From a virus, in IMG/VR virus record IMGVR_UViG_3300022752_000001, positions 1 through 64,000 of that record: a stretch of 64,000 bases of DNA, one strand, 5' to 3'. The translations under genes were made by a program, and so were the position numbers. The notes beneath the pieces are model-generated. The model saw only the letters and a program-made list of their open reading frames with translations. It was not told where the DNA came from and ran no database searches. Below are positions 28,487-38,565 of this stretch, piece by piece; within the stretch, counting starts at the first letter, position 1, and each line of letters starts with the position of its first letter.

Positions 28487-29583
28487 GTACTACTGACAAT
28501 CACGCTAGCTACTCACCGAGCAGCCTCAAGTACTTTGAGCTCTGCCCCTGCTATCAAAAAGACAATTCTGGCGAAGTTCATCCAGTAACTCTCCGCGGAA
28601 CTGCGATGCACAAAGCGTGTGAGACCGGCGAGATGGAAGGTCTCGACTCCACTGAAAAAGCTCTCGTCCACAAATGTCTTTCATTCGTCGAAGCAGCCAA
28701 AGCTGAGTACACGGAAAAGAATTCCAAGTTCATGGACTTGTCCGAACAGAAGCTCGATGTGTTTGACCAATGGGGTTACGTCGATCGCTTTTTCATTTGT
28801 GCAGATGAGGCTGCGATGTTCGATTTTAAATTTGGTTTTAACCCCGTTGACCCAGCGGAGACCAACCCGCAGATGTGGGCGTACGCAATCGGCGTCTTTA
28901 AGAAGTATCCGTACGTAAAGAATCTCAAGCTTCACATTCTCCAGCCCCGTTTGGATTACGTGGATTCCGCTTCATTTACCAGGGACGGAGATCTCCCCAA
29001 GATGAATGCCAGAATCAAGGGCATCATCGAAAGGGCCCGGAATAACACCCCGGATATGGCCCGTCCAGGTGACCAGTGCATCTACTGTTCCCGTATTGCG
29101 ACCTGTGACGCAGTCCAGGCTATGTCCCTTTCCCTGGCCAAGTCTTATGACCTGGCCCACGACGCTCAGCTTCCCGATCTTTTCCACCCAAGCCAGCTAG
29201 CCACACCGGAAAAACGATCACAGGCACAACGCCTCGTACCGGTCCTGGAAGCTTGGTGCGGTTCCGTACGCAAACACAACGTTGAGTACGCGAAGGAAGG
29301 AAACGAGATCCCTGGATATGGTCTTACGGCCGTCCAGGGTGCCAGAAAGATCACGGACGCCAACAAGGCGTACGATTTGGTCAAAGACAAAATCTCGACG
29401 GCTGAGTTTATGGAAGCCGTCACAGTCAACTTCAAGGAGCTAGCTGATCAAGTCGCCAGCAAGGCTCCTCGGGGCACAAAACAAGAAGAACGCGACAACC
29501 TTGAGGATGCATTAACCGAGGCGAACGCCCTGACGCGCGGTAGTGAGTCCTATCAACTAAGAAAAATAAAGGATAAACAATGA
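28483..29583 (+). CDS. Cas4-like PD-(D/E)XK exonuclease (DUF2800-like)
   Basis: SPSS..CP, GTAMH, GYVD..DFKFG, Q..AYA, CIYC....C. Confidence 0.8.
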   Translation: MSTTDNHASYSPSSLKYFELCPCYQKDNSGEVHPVTLRGTAMHKACETGEMEGLDSTEKALVHKCLSFVEAAKAEYTEKNSKFMDLSEQKLDVFDQWGYVDRFFICADEAAMFDFKFGFNPVDPAETNPQMWAYAIGVFKKYPYVKNLKLHILQPRLDYVDSASFTRDGDLPKMNARIKGIIERARNNTPDMARPGDQCIYCSRIATCDAVQAMSLSLAKSYDLAHDAQLPDLFHPSQLATPEKRSQAQRLVPVLEAWCGSVRKHNVEYAKEGNEIPGYGLTAVQGARKITDANKAYDLVKDKISTAEFMEAVTVNFKELADQVASKAPRGTKQEERDNLEDALTEANALTRGSESYQLRKIKDKQ

Positions 29584-30305
29584 AAACTACGTTCCCTAAA
29601 GAACAAAAAGCAAAAGTAGAAGCAAAACCAGAAACAGTAACCGAGTCGAGCAAGGCACTGACGGAGGTTGTTGAACAACCCCTCACCTTGACCACCAATG
29701 CCGGCATGGAGGGAGAATTTAACGTCTCCGACTTCCAGATCCCCCGGCTTAACATCGCCAACAAGACTGGCGAACTCTCCAACGACTTCCCGCCCGGCAG
29801 CATCGTCTTCCGGAAAGAGGTGTCGGTTGGAAATCAGAAGTCTCCTGCCAAGTTGACGATCATCCGCATGGCAAAGAAGTACATGCAGAGGATTCCCTAC
29901 GGCACGGAAGAACGCCCGAAAATCTTTAACACGGCAGCCGACGTGCGTACTGCAGGCGGCACCACCGACATCACTGAGGGTGATATGGATATCTATGACC
30001 CGATCCTCATCCTCACGATGGCCGTCCAAAGCCCCGAAGGCGCACATCCCCTGTTCGCCTTTGAGAAAGACGGAGCCCACTACGCTCTGGCGCAGATGAT
30101 TCTGGCCAAGAGCGCGTACAACAACGCTGGCAAGCAGTTGATCACGGAAGCCACCACGGCTCTCCGCGAGAAGCTCTCTGGCGGCAAGTACGAGTTGGTT
30201 ACCCAACTTCGTTCCAACACAATGGGCAGCTGGTTCACACCAGTGTTCCGTTTGGTCGGCAAGAACACCCCAGAAACCACCGCGTGGTTTGACGGGTTGA
30301 TCTAA
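29580..30305 (+). CDS. putative ssDNA-binding/annealing protein
   Basis: D..IPRLNI motif; between nuclease and polymerase. Confidence 0.45.
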   Translation: MKTTFPKEQKAKVEAKPETVTESSKALTEVVEQPLTLTTNAGMEGEFNVSDFQIPRLNIANKTGELSNDFPPGSIVFRKEVSVGNQKSPAKLTIIRMAKKYMQRIPYGTEERPKIFNTAADVRTAGGTTDITEGDMDIYDPILILTMAVQSPEGAHPLFAFEKDGAHYALAQMILAKSAYNNAGKQLITEATTALREKLSGGKYELVTQLRSNTMGSWFTPVFRLVGKNTPETTAWFDGLI

Positions 30306-30321
30306 AAACTGGGATTCGGCC

Positions 30322-30675
30322 ATGGTGTTACAGGAGAACTGTAAACGGAGCAAGACCTCCGCTCTATTGAAACAGCCGAGTTCCTATCCTCTGCCTCAGG
30401 AAATGGCAAAAAGCACATTCACAGAGATTGTTTATGTCATGACGCGGGGCGGGAAATCAAAAACAGGTTCAACAAAATCAGGCCCCGGACAATGGTACAC
30501 TCGGGATTCGATTCGATACTCGGCGGATCGAGCAGTAAGTCACATGGTCACAGCAATGATGATGTTGGACGGAAATAAAAAAGAGGACAAAGAGGGAGTC
30601 ATCGGACACTTGCAACGAGCTTTATGCAGGTCGGCGATGGTTCTTTATAAAATAAGAAAGGGTCAGCAAAAATGA
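30322..30675 (+). CDS. dATP/dGTP diphosphohydrolase (DUF5664)-like protein
   Basis: W...RY.DRA.SH...G..ED.EG..GHL.RA.C pattern. Confidence 0.4.
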   Translation: MVLQENCKRSKTSALLKQPSSYPLPQEMAKSTFTEIVYVMTRGGKSKTGSTKSGPGQWYTRDSIRYSADRAVSHMVTAMMMLDGNKKEDKEGVIGHLQRALCRSAMVLYKIRKGQQK

Positions 30676-30926
30676 AAACTAAGGGCAAAGCACAAATTTA
30701 TAACAAGAGAACGGGTAAAGATATTGGGCAGATCAAGGTGTTGGACGTAAGGGAAGTTGATAACGTTGAGATCGATCTTCAGATGGAAGACGATGTATAT
30801 AACGAATTCGTATATCTTGGTAGAAAAGATGCTACGAGAGACGATTTCTTCAGCATCGCATTCAAAAAGATGCTGGCAGAAACAATTCAGGATTTGGGGA
30901 AGAAACGGAGCAAAAATGGTAAATAA
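30672..30926 (+). CDS. hypothetical protein
   Basis: coupled ORF. Confidence 0.5.
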   Translation: MKTKGKAQIYNKRTGKDIGQIKVLDVREVDNVEIDLQMEDDVYNEFVYLGRKDATRDDFFSIAFKKMLAETIQDLGKKRSKNGK

Positions 30927-31161
30927 ACTTTTGATGCTCATTTTTCTTAAGCTGGCTCAACGTTGGTTTGGGTTTACCGACATCTACTGCCCAAATGATC
31001 AGGTAGAAGCGATCATTTTTGCGGTAGACCAGAAGCAACATCGGGACGCCATAAAGTCGGCCGCCAAATTCATATATGAAGCCAAAGACGAAAGAACAGC
31101 CGTCGGCGTTTGACGTTGACGTGCCCGAACAAAACACAAGGAACGATCACGGATATCCCAT

Positions 31162-31416
31162 ATGGACGAAATTAGAAATACAGCGAATGAAGCTCCAAAT
31201 CGAGAAATCGAAGTTGGAGAAGAAATAGCCGACGTCTTTAACCCAATATTTATGAGAACATCAGAACAAATACTCGAGCTCGGTCTCCGGCAAATGCGCG
31301 AGGAGAACGAATCCCTGTCATCAGAGAACCGTCGTCTTAAGGACGAAATACGGACTCTCATTGAGCAAGCCCGCCGTGCCGGGTTTGTGGGTGCCACCAA
31401 AGACACGCATCCGTGA
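31162..31416 (+). CDS. coiled-coil hypothetical protein
   Basis: ORF track; heptad pattern. Confidence 0.45.
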   Translation: MDEIRNTANEAPNREIEVGEEIADVFNPIFMRTSEQILELGLRQMREENESLSSENRRLKDEIRTLIEQARRAGFVGATKDTHP

Positions 31417-31561
31417 TCCAACTGGAATTTACATTTATGAAAGACCTTTACCCGACTACCGAAGCAACGGCTCAGGGTACGACCACAACGGTGAATTACA
31501 CCTTCGGCGCTGCGATTGAAAGCGTAAGCACCACAACTCACACAACGAAAGGAAACTCAAT

Positions 31562-31798
31562 ATGAGCGTAGACGTAAGAGTACGCATTTCAGCGGTCGAG
31601 GGTGAACTCAAGTTTGAAGTTCACACCGATCACATGGATGCACAACCGGTCGAAAAGACGGTGGCTGAGGAGCTCAAGGGCCTCACCTGCCGGCTGCTTG
31701 ACCTATATCTCGAAACCCTCAAGGAACCCAAAGAAGAAATCCAAGCCGAATGCGAAACATTGCCATCGATTTCGAATCCTACTACGACAACGAGCTGA
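31562..31798 (+). CDS. hypothetical protein
   Basis: AAAGGA RBS. Confidence 0.5.
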   Translation: MSVDVRVRISAVEGELKFEVHTDHMDAQPVEKTVAEELKGLTCRLLDLYLETLKEPKEEIQAECETLPSISNPTTTTS

Positions 31799-33510
31799 GC
31801 ATTAAGACGCTCGGCCAGTGGCACTACCTACGCGATCCGCGCGGGGAGATCTACATGGTGTCGATGGTTGGTGACGGTATTGAGCCGTATTGCGGTCCCG
31901 TGGACAAGGCTCCCTGGGACAAGATCGACGGCTGCCGGTGGATTGCGCACAACTACAGCTTTGACGGAGCCTGTGTTGAGGCTCTTGGCGACCGAATCAA
32001 GTCGAAGCCTGCGGATTTCTTCTGCACGGCCAATCTTGCGGCCTACCTGGGCTCTCCAAGGGATCTGGAGGGTGCCTGTTCTAACCTCCTTGGTAAGGAG
32101 ATTTCGAAGGACCCGCGCAAAAAGATGAAGGGTAAGAAGTGGTCTAGTATAGCCAATACTGAGTTTGCGGAGGAGATGACGCAATACGCTTTAGCGGATT
32201 CTGTGAGCTGTTTGGAGCTCTACAAGAAGTACGCATCGGAGATGCCGGAGATTGAGCGCAAGTTATCCAAGCACACGATTGAAATGGCGTGGAAGGGTTT
32301 TGCGATTGATCAGCCTCTGGTTAAAGAAGGCATCAAGAAGCTCGATAAAATCAAGTGGGAGGCTGAACAGAAGCTCCCCTGGATGGACAAAGGAGACGGC
32401 GTTGTTCTTTCCATCAAGAATTTTAGGGCTGAGTGCATCAACCAAGGCATCCCCTGGCCTGATTCTCTTTCAGAAGATTCGGAAGAGTGTGCGGTGTGGG
32501 AAAAGAAATACGGCGACAAGGTTCCTTTTGTTGCCGCCATGCGGGATTGGAGAAAATGCAATTCCTACTTGGTTAAGATGAAGGTGCTTGATTCTCGTGT
32601 GCGCCCAGATATGACAGCGTCTTACGGCATGAAGTTCTTTGGGGCGCATACAGGTCGGTTTAGTGGGGATAGCCGCTTTAACGTTCAGAATCTGCCCAGA
32701 GAGCCCCATTTTGGGGTCGATATGCGAGGCTGCATTATCCCTCGTCCAGGCAAGAAGTTCATTGTTTGCGACCTTTCTCAGATTGAACCCAGGGTTCTGG
32801 CCTGGCTTTCCGGGAATACAGCTCTTCTGGAAGCCGTTCGTAACGGGTACGGCATCTACGAAGCCTTTGCCATCTCTGCCAATTTATGGCGGGGGGATAA
32901 AGGAACACTTAAGAAAACCAATACAGCCATGTACCAACTTGCCAAGGCAATGGTGCTGGGTCTTGGGTATGGCGCAGGCGCCAAGAAATTCGCCTACATG
33001 GCCAACACATCATACGGCCTGGAAGTGGACGAAGCAGAGGCGGCAAACATTGTAAGAACATACCGCTCTAAAAATCATCACGTCGTCAATTTTTGGAAGA
33101 AGTTGGAGACGGCCTTCAAACAGTCCAAAGCAGACGGACAATACGAGATCGAGCTCCCCTCTTGGCGCTCCCTCAAATACCGCAACATTCGCACGCAAAA
33201 CCTCGCAAGTGGATACGCAGGATACACAGCTCAGACCATCATGGGTGGTCCTCACGTCAATTTCTACGGTGGGAACTTATGCAATAACACCGTTCAGGCT
33301 ACAGCCCGGGATGTCATGGCCGAATGCATCCTCCGACTCGAAAAGGCTGGCCTACCCCTTGTCCTTCATGTTCACGACGAAGCCGTTGTGGAGGTCGACA
33401 AGGATGTGAAACCAAAAGATGTGGAAATGTTGATGTCGGTAACCCCGGACTGGTTACAAGGCTGCCCGGTCGCAGCCGAGGCCGTGGAAACCGACAGATA
33501 CGTTAAATAG
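31750..33510 (+). CDS. polA: family A DNA polymerase
   Basis: exonuclease DFESY, HTGRFSG, motif A DLSQIEPR, motif B K..VLGLGYG, motif C HVHDE. Confidence 0.93.
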   Translation: MRNIAIDFESYYDNELSIKTLGQWHYLRDPRGEIYMVSMVGDGIEPYCGPVDKAPWDKIDGCRWIAHNYSFDGACVEALGDRIKSKPADFFCTANLAAYLGSPRDLEGACSNLLGKEISKDPRKKMKGKKWSSIANTEFAEEMTQYALADSVSCLELYKKYASEMPEIERKLSKHTIEMAWKGFAIDQPLVKEGIKKLDKIKWEAEQKLPWMDKGDGVVLSIKNFRAECINQGIPWPDSLSEDSEECAVWEKKYGDKVPFVAAMRDWRKCNSYLVKMKVLDSRVRPDMTASYGMKFFGAHTGRFSGDSRFNVQNLPREPHFGVDMRGCIIPRPGKKFIVCDLSQIEPRVLAWLSGNTALLEAVRNGYGIYEAFAISANLWRGDKGTLKKTNTAMYQLAKAMVLGLGYGAGAKKFAYMANTSYGLEVDEAEAANIVRTYRSKNHHVVNFWKKLETAFKQSKADGQYEIELPSWRSLKYRNIRTQNLASGYAGYTAQTIMGGPHVNFYGGNLCNNTVQATARDVMAECILRLEKAGLPLVLHVHDEAVVEVDKDVKPKDVEMLMSVTPDWLQGCPVAAEAVETDRYVK

Positions 33511-33521
33511 GAGCAAATAAA

Positions 33522-33698
33522 ATGGATAACGCGAGGTACATAGTGTTGAGAGACGGTTCAAGAGTGTCCGAACGGACACACCGGACAAAACTGGACGCAC
33601 AAGTCGAGGCTGATTACTGGCATGATATTGTCAGGAGATGGCCTGATGGGTCTGTAGTCCGAATCGAAACCATATTCTTTAAAAGCCGCGGGGAGTAA
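33522..33698 (+). CDS. hypothetical protein
   Basis: AGGAG RBS; 58-aa ORF filling the gap. Confidence 0.55.
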   Translation: MDNARYIVLRDGSRVSERTHRTKLDAQVEADYWHDIVRRWPDGSVVRIETIFFKSRGE

Positions 33699-33702
33699 GG
33701 CC

Positions 33703-35820
33703 ATGAGTCTTTACGCCCTGAAGAACCTGGCTTGCCTGGAGGTCGCTCCAGTCGACGCCTGGCTTCACACAACCCCACTACCCAACATGACCAAGGAGGA
33801 GTTTTCCTCCTGGTCTACCAACCCCTCGACGGATTGGCTGTTTGTGTCCGGTTTTGAGGGTCGTGCGCCCAACCTCCGGGTCTCCCGCGAGAACCAGGCA
33901 GTCAAGATGCACGCCCTTGTGGCGGACTACGACGCTCAGATCACGGCCGAGGAAATGCTTGAGGGTCTTACCCGTCGCTCGAAAGCCGGCATGAAGCCCG
34001 CCTACGCCCATCGCACCATCAGCGGTGGAGTACGGGTTATCTGGCTGTTTGAGAAACCCGTAGCCATTGCGCCCGGGATATTTGATCCCTTCATCACTCG
34101 TCTGATGAAGGAGCTCAATGTCCGCAAGCTGTTCCCTGGACTGGATGACAACATCCGCAAGCCAGAACAGTACTACGCTTGGAATCCTCCAGCCACCGAG
34201 GTCAGTGATAACCGAGTTAAGTTTGATACCCTCTGTGCCCTCCTGGCTTCAGCCTTTGATGCTTCTCACCGCTATCGTGGTGAAGGAGATACCGAGATTC
34301 CCATTGAGAAGATCAAGGAACGGGTGGAAAGCCTGTTTCCTGGTCGACTTCGTGGAACGCTAGATATTAACGGGCGTTGTAACGCTTTTTGGTCTCCGGA
34401 TTCTACCAATCCGTCAGCTTGTATTGTTACGGCAACCGGGATGGTTTCATTCTCGCAAGATCGGGCGTTCTATCCTTGGGCAGATATCTTGGGTGCGGAT
34501 TGGGTCGATGAATTTAACAACACTCGTCTGGGCGGGCCTCTGGGTTCGTACTGGTACGACGGAAGTAAGTATTGGCGCAGGGATATGGAAGGCAGCTGGA
34601 GAGACGCACCTTCGGAGACAGCCCGCAAGGACATTGCAGGCTTGTTTGGTTTAAGTCTCACCAGCGATGCCCGCGGAGATATGTCGGAGACCGACGAAGC
34701 CATGCTTCGCATTCGGGAAAACCGTCGTGTCGATGCCACCGGCCCTGTGCTCTACAGCCATGAGGAAATCGTGCGATTTGGCAGCCGATGCATCCTCAAC
34801 ACCTCCAGGGTAAAAGTGATGCCGCCCAGCAACACTCCTGGAGAGTGGGGCGAGCACTTCCCTTGGACGGCGAGTCTGTTGGACGAGTTCTTTGATCCGT
34901 CTGACAGTCTCCAGTACTTCCTGGCCTGGCTGAAACGGTTCTACACCACAGCCAGCGCCGGGGCCCCCGCCCAAGGTCAGGCCGTGTTTATCGCCGGTCC
35001 GGTCGAGCAAGGGAAAACCTTGATCGGTACCAAGATTGTCGCCGCTCTTATGGGCGGAGGTTGCGATGCCTCCTCCCATATAAGTGGCGGGGATCAGTTC
35101 AATAACGAGCTCTTCGAAGTCGGCGTGCTCAACATTGACGATACCGTCGCTTCGACCAGCTACGAGAAACACCTTCTCTTCACCAACTCGATCAAGAAGT
35201 TCGTCGCCAACACTCAGCACCGCCACCGTGCGATGCGCGAGAACCCAACGACGATCAACTGGATTGGGCGGATCATCTTTACGCTGAATGATGACCCCGA
35301 ATCGATGCGGGCGATCCCCTACACCGACACCTCCATCCTGGACAAGATCATGCTCTTCAAAGCGAGGCACCGGAAGTTCCCCTTCCCTCCTCGCCAGGAG
35401 ATTGATCGGATCTTGGCCAGGGAGCTGCCCAACTTTGCCCGATGGCTTCTGGATTGGAATCCGCCGGCGCACCTGGAAGGCACCAACCGGTTCGGTGTAG
35501 CGAACTACCATCACCCCGACATTTTGGAAGATACGAGAACAACCCACCCTAACCACGCTTTCTCCGAGCTCCTCGATAAGTACCTCATAAATTACAAAAT
35601 CGCGGCGAACGGGAAAAACCCAAAACAGTGGGTTGGTTCAGCGACCGACCTACTCAACAACATGCTTAATGATGCCGAACTCGAAAAGCTCGCACGTCAT
35701 TACGTTTCAAGTCCGGACCGCATGGGTCAGAGATTGGCCAAGATTATGGCCATCCGGCCCGAGCAGGTTATCCGGCGCAAATCAGGAGGAAAAATCACAT
35801 GGGAAATCAATCTGGAATAA
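33703..35820 (+). CDS. primase-helicase (AEP-like plus SF3 ATPase)
   Basis: ADYD and TISGG.R primase motifs; GPVEQGKT, IDD, FTLN. Confidence 0.8.
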   Translation: MSLYALKNLACLEVAPVDAWLHTTPLPNMTKEEFSSWSTNPSTDWLFVSGFEGRAPNLRVSRENQAVKMHALVADYDAQITAEEMLEGLTRRSKAGMKPAYAHRTISGGVRVIWLFEKPVAIAPGIFDPFITRLMKELNVRKLFPGLDDNIRKPEQYYAWNPPATEVSDNRVKFDTLCALLASAFDASHRYRGEGDTEIPIEKIKERVESLFPGRLRGTLDINGRCNAFWSPDSTNPSACIVTATGMVSFSQDRAFYPWADILGADWVDEFNNTRLGGPLGSYWYDGSKYWRRDMEGSWRDAPSETARKDIAGLFGLSLTSDARGDMSETDEAMLRIRENRRVDATGPVLYSHEEIVRFGSRCILNTSRVKVMPPSNTPGEWGEHFPWTASLLDEFFDPSDSLQYFLAWLKRFYTTASAGAPAQGQAVFIAGPVEQGKTLIGTKIVAALMGGGCDASSHISGGDQFNNELFEVGVLNIDDTVASTSYEKHLLFTNSIKKFVANTQHRHRAMRENPTTINWIGRIIFTLNDDPESMRAIPYTDTSILDKIMLFKARHRKFPFPPRQEIDRILARELPNFARWLLDWNPPAHLEGTNRFGVANYHHPDILEDTRTTHPNHAFSELLDKYLINYKIAANGKNPKQWVGSATDLLNNMLNDAELEKLARHYVSSPDRMGQRLAKIMAIRPEQVIRRKSGGKITWEINLE

Positions 35821-36455
35821 TCGAACCGCAAAGATCGGTGGCACCACTATTCAGCACCCCGCTGTTTATCTCGCAGCTGGGACAACCCGATAGCCAATCT
35901 ATCGCGGTTGTAAAACAAGCCGACATGCGTCGGGTCAAAGCCAACAACGGCTGGAGTTCCGTCGACACCAGGATTCTGGACGTCCCGGATATGCAGTATC
36001 TGAAGGCATCTATCCTGCGGGAGATCAGCGCATATGCGTTCGAAGCTCTCGGCCTAAAGAGAAAGTACCAGTTCCAAATCACCAACTCCTGGGTCATGAA
36101 ACATCAGAAAGGTGACTTTGCCCACGCTCATGCACACGAGAACTCACTGATCTCGGGTGTCTACTATGTAGAGACGTACGACAACAGCGGTCCGATTTTG
36201 TTCTCCAAGTCCTTCAAAGACTTCAACCTATTCCCTGCCTTCTTCGGCTGGGAGTTTGAGAAGAGAGACATCCTGAATGCAGACGTGTGGCCAGTACTGC
36301 CCAAGAACGGAATGTTGGTTCTGTTTCCCTCCCACTTGTCGCATCACGTGGAGCCAAGTCAGGCAGACGCCGACCGGTATTGCGTTGCGTTCAACGTGTT
36401 TGTGAAAGGTAAGTTTGGCTCGGAAGAAACCTTCAGTGCCCTGGAGATTCTATGA
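35799..36455 (+). CDS. 2OG-Fe(II) oxygenase (TIGR02466-like)
   Basis: HAHENSLISGVYY, LFPSHLSHHV, RYCVAFN. Confidence 0.85.
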   Translation: MGNQSGIIEPQRSVAPLFSTPLFISQLGQPDSQSIAVVKQADMRRVKANNGWSSVDTRILDVPDMQYLKASILREISAYAFEALGLKRKYQFQITNSWVMKHQKGDFAHAHAHENSLISGVYYVETYDNSGPILFSKSFKDFNLFPAFFGWEFEKRDILNADVWPVLPKNGMLVLFPSHLSHHVEPSQADADRYCVAFNVFVKGKFGSEETFSALEIL

Positions 36456-36751
36456 ATGGTTTAGTTATTTGCCTGGCTGTAGTCGTTTTCATGATCATCG
36501 TCCCGGTGTGCGTCGCTTTTGGATTGTGGTTTAAAGACCGCAAAGACGAAGAACGGAAAGGATATTGGGACTCAGAATGAAAAAGAAAAAACGAATCCGA
36601 AACATCACGGTTCGAAAGCCGTGGTACGTCGAAAACAAGTTTGGCATGTGGAAGACTGCTCCGATTGGCGTCTGTGAAAGACAATGGAGGAAGCGTCCTG
36701 GCTTTTTCGCCCGCCTATTGAGGTGGTTTTTGGAGAAGTTAAACTAACCCG

Positions 36752-36991
36752 ATGACGCTGGATCAGATCAAGAGTTTTTCCAATTCCGTGTCCACCTGGA
36801 TTATCAACGGAATGAGAACAGCTTCGGATGAGCAGCGTGCAGAGAGATATGCCATCTGTCAGGCGTGTCAAAACTTTGACCAACGAGTATTCGGAGGTCA
36901 CGGAGTTTGCAAGATTTGTGGGTGCAATATGCGCACCAAAACGGTGTTCCCCCACGAGAAATGTCCCATTGATAAATGGGGAAAGGTTTAA
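36752..36991 (+). CDS. Cys-rich small protein (DUF6171-like)
   Basis: RYAICQAC...CKICGC..K...CPIDKW. Confidence 0.6.
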   Translation: MTLDQIKSFSNSVSTWIINGMRTASDEQRAERYAICQACQNFDQRVFGGHGVCKICGCNMRTKTVFPHEKCPIDKWGKV

Positions 36992-36993
36992 CC

Positions 36994-37224
36994 ATGCCGC
37001 TAGGAAAACGAGACTATGCCAAGGAATACCGGGAATATCACGGTAAGCCTGATCAAATCAAACGTCGTGCCGGACGTAACGCTGCCCGAAGATCGATGAC
37101 CAAACGTCGTGGTTTGGCTGCCATGCGTGGGAAAGACGTCAATCACAAGGACGGCAACACCATGAATAATGCGGCGTCGAACCTGAATCTTGAGTCAAAG
37201 AGCGTGAACCGGGGTCGCAAGTAG
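36994..37224 (+). CDS. small HNH endonuclease-like protein
   Basis: RDYAKEY..YHG, DVNHKDGNTMNN..NL. Confidence 0.7.
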   Translation: MPLGKRDYAKEYREYHGKPDQIKRRAGRNAARRSMTKRRGLAAMRGKDVNHKDGNTMNNAASNLNLESKSVNRGRK

Positions 37225-37269
37225 TAAGTAGTATTGACTAATATCTGACAGTATTTAATATAAAACCTT

Positions 37270-37593
37270 ATGGCATACGAACCCTCCAGCAGCGATAACG
37301 AAAACTATACGTTACGGAAACTTAACTACTTGGCTTCAGATACTGAAAAGGACACAAGTCTTTCACTTGGACAATATGGGGCTGTTTACAAAACTGCTGC
37401 CGGTGCTCTTTCGGGTGGGCCTTGGGGTGCTATCCAGGCTACTGCCACGGCAGTCGTTAATGTAACCTCTGGTAACTGGACGAACAGTGACGCAACGACT
37501 GCGGTGGACGTTCCTGCAGGTTCGACCATCTTTGGCAATTTTACGGCCATTACCCTGACCAGCGGCAAGATCATCGCCTACAAAAGCGCTTAA
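37270..37593 (+). CDS. putative virion protein
   Basis: GNFTAITLTSGKIIAYK C-terminus; own promoter. Confidence 0.5.
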   Translation: MAYEPSSSDNENYTLRKLNYLASDTEKDTSLSLGQYGAVYKTAAGALSGGPWGAIQATATAVVNVTSGNWTNSDATTAVDVPAGSTIFGNFTAITLTSGKIIAYKSA

Positions 37594-37599
37594 ACTGCC

Positions 37600-38010
37600 A
37601 TGCCGAAACTCGGCTTAGGCTTAAGCTTGTCGGTTCCTATTGTTGGTGGGGGAGTAGCCGCGCCGACAACAATTGCTCTTGGCACACCTTTCCTATATTT
37701 AAGCGGCCTCACGTTTCCATCAGTAGATGGACAATGGTCTAATTTTTCAATTCAAAACCCATATTATTGGGAAGGAGCCTTAAATGGTTGGCTTAGCCAA
37801 TACGGCAGTGGATCAATTACATGGAATTCCTATGACACAAAATGGTACATTGGAGTTCAAGGTTATTATGAAACTGGAGACGAAAATAGTGGTTATGAAA
37901 GCAGAACAGCGGCCAGAATAACAGCATCATCTTCGGCTCTTCCATTATATGGATGGACAAATGAATCATGGGTTACTGGCGGAACACTTGTAATCAGCAC
38001 AACTCCTTGA
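37600..38010 (+). CDS. putative virion protein
   Basis: MPKLGLGLSL N-terminus; aromatic-rich beta domain. Confidence 0.45.
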   Translation: MPKLGLGLSLSVPIVGGGVAAPTTIALGTPFLYLSGLTFPSVDGQWSNFSIQNPYYWEGALNGWLSQYGSGSITWNSYDTKWYIGVQGYYETGDENSGYESRTAARITASSSALPLYGWTNESWVTGGTLVISTTP

Positions 38011-38087
38011 GTCTACCCACCGCATAATAATATATCTTATTTGCCAGTTAATATTGACTGTAAAAAGACAGTAACTAGCATCAACTT

Positions 38088-38561
38088 ATGACTAAAAAAG
38101 AAATCCCTGGACTGTTGATTAGGGGTCTTGGCGTGGCTAAAACAGAGCCCATGCACGACGAGGCGACAGAAGGACCGGAAATCATGGAGGCTTTTGCATC
38201 CTCCCCTGCCCCTGGAGAGTTCTTCTCTACCCTCCTGCACTCGGCCACCATCGCCCATCAAATTCATTTTAAGACTCGTTCTTTTGCCGTTCATAAAGCC
38301 CTTGGCAAGTTCTACGACGAGATTGTGGAACTTACCGATGGGCTCGTGGAGTCTTGGCAGGGCAAGTACGGGTTGGTTCAGAACTTTCCTTTCAAATATG
38401 ACCTTGAGACCGAGGATCCTGAATCATTCCTGGCAGACCTTGATTACTACGTTAAGACGCACCGCGAGCTAGTTTCAGACGATTCTGAGATCCAGAACGA
38501 CATTGATACGATCCAGACCCTGATTAACTCCACCACCTACAAGATCCGCTTCCTCAAATAA
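38088..38561 (+). CDS. ferritin/Dps-like protein (DUF5856-like)
   Basis: H..H..T.SFA.HKALG.FYD...D.LVE..QG.YG; QN.ID.I..LIN.T.YK. Confidence 0.75.
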   Translation: MTKKEIPGLLIRGLGVAKTEPMHDEATEGPEIMEAFASSPAPGEFFSTLLHSATIAHQIHFKTRSFAVHKALGKFYDEIVELTDGLVESWQGKYGLVQNFPFKYDLETEDPESFLADLDYYVKTHRELVSDDSEIQNDIDTIQTLINSTTYKIRFLK

Positions 38562-38565
38562 GTTT

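Noticed and set aside
28483-29583. Cas4 as evidence of a CRISPR system
   Set aside because: Solo phage replication-module nuclease; no array or other cas genes
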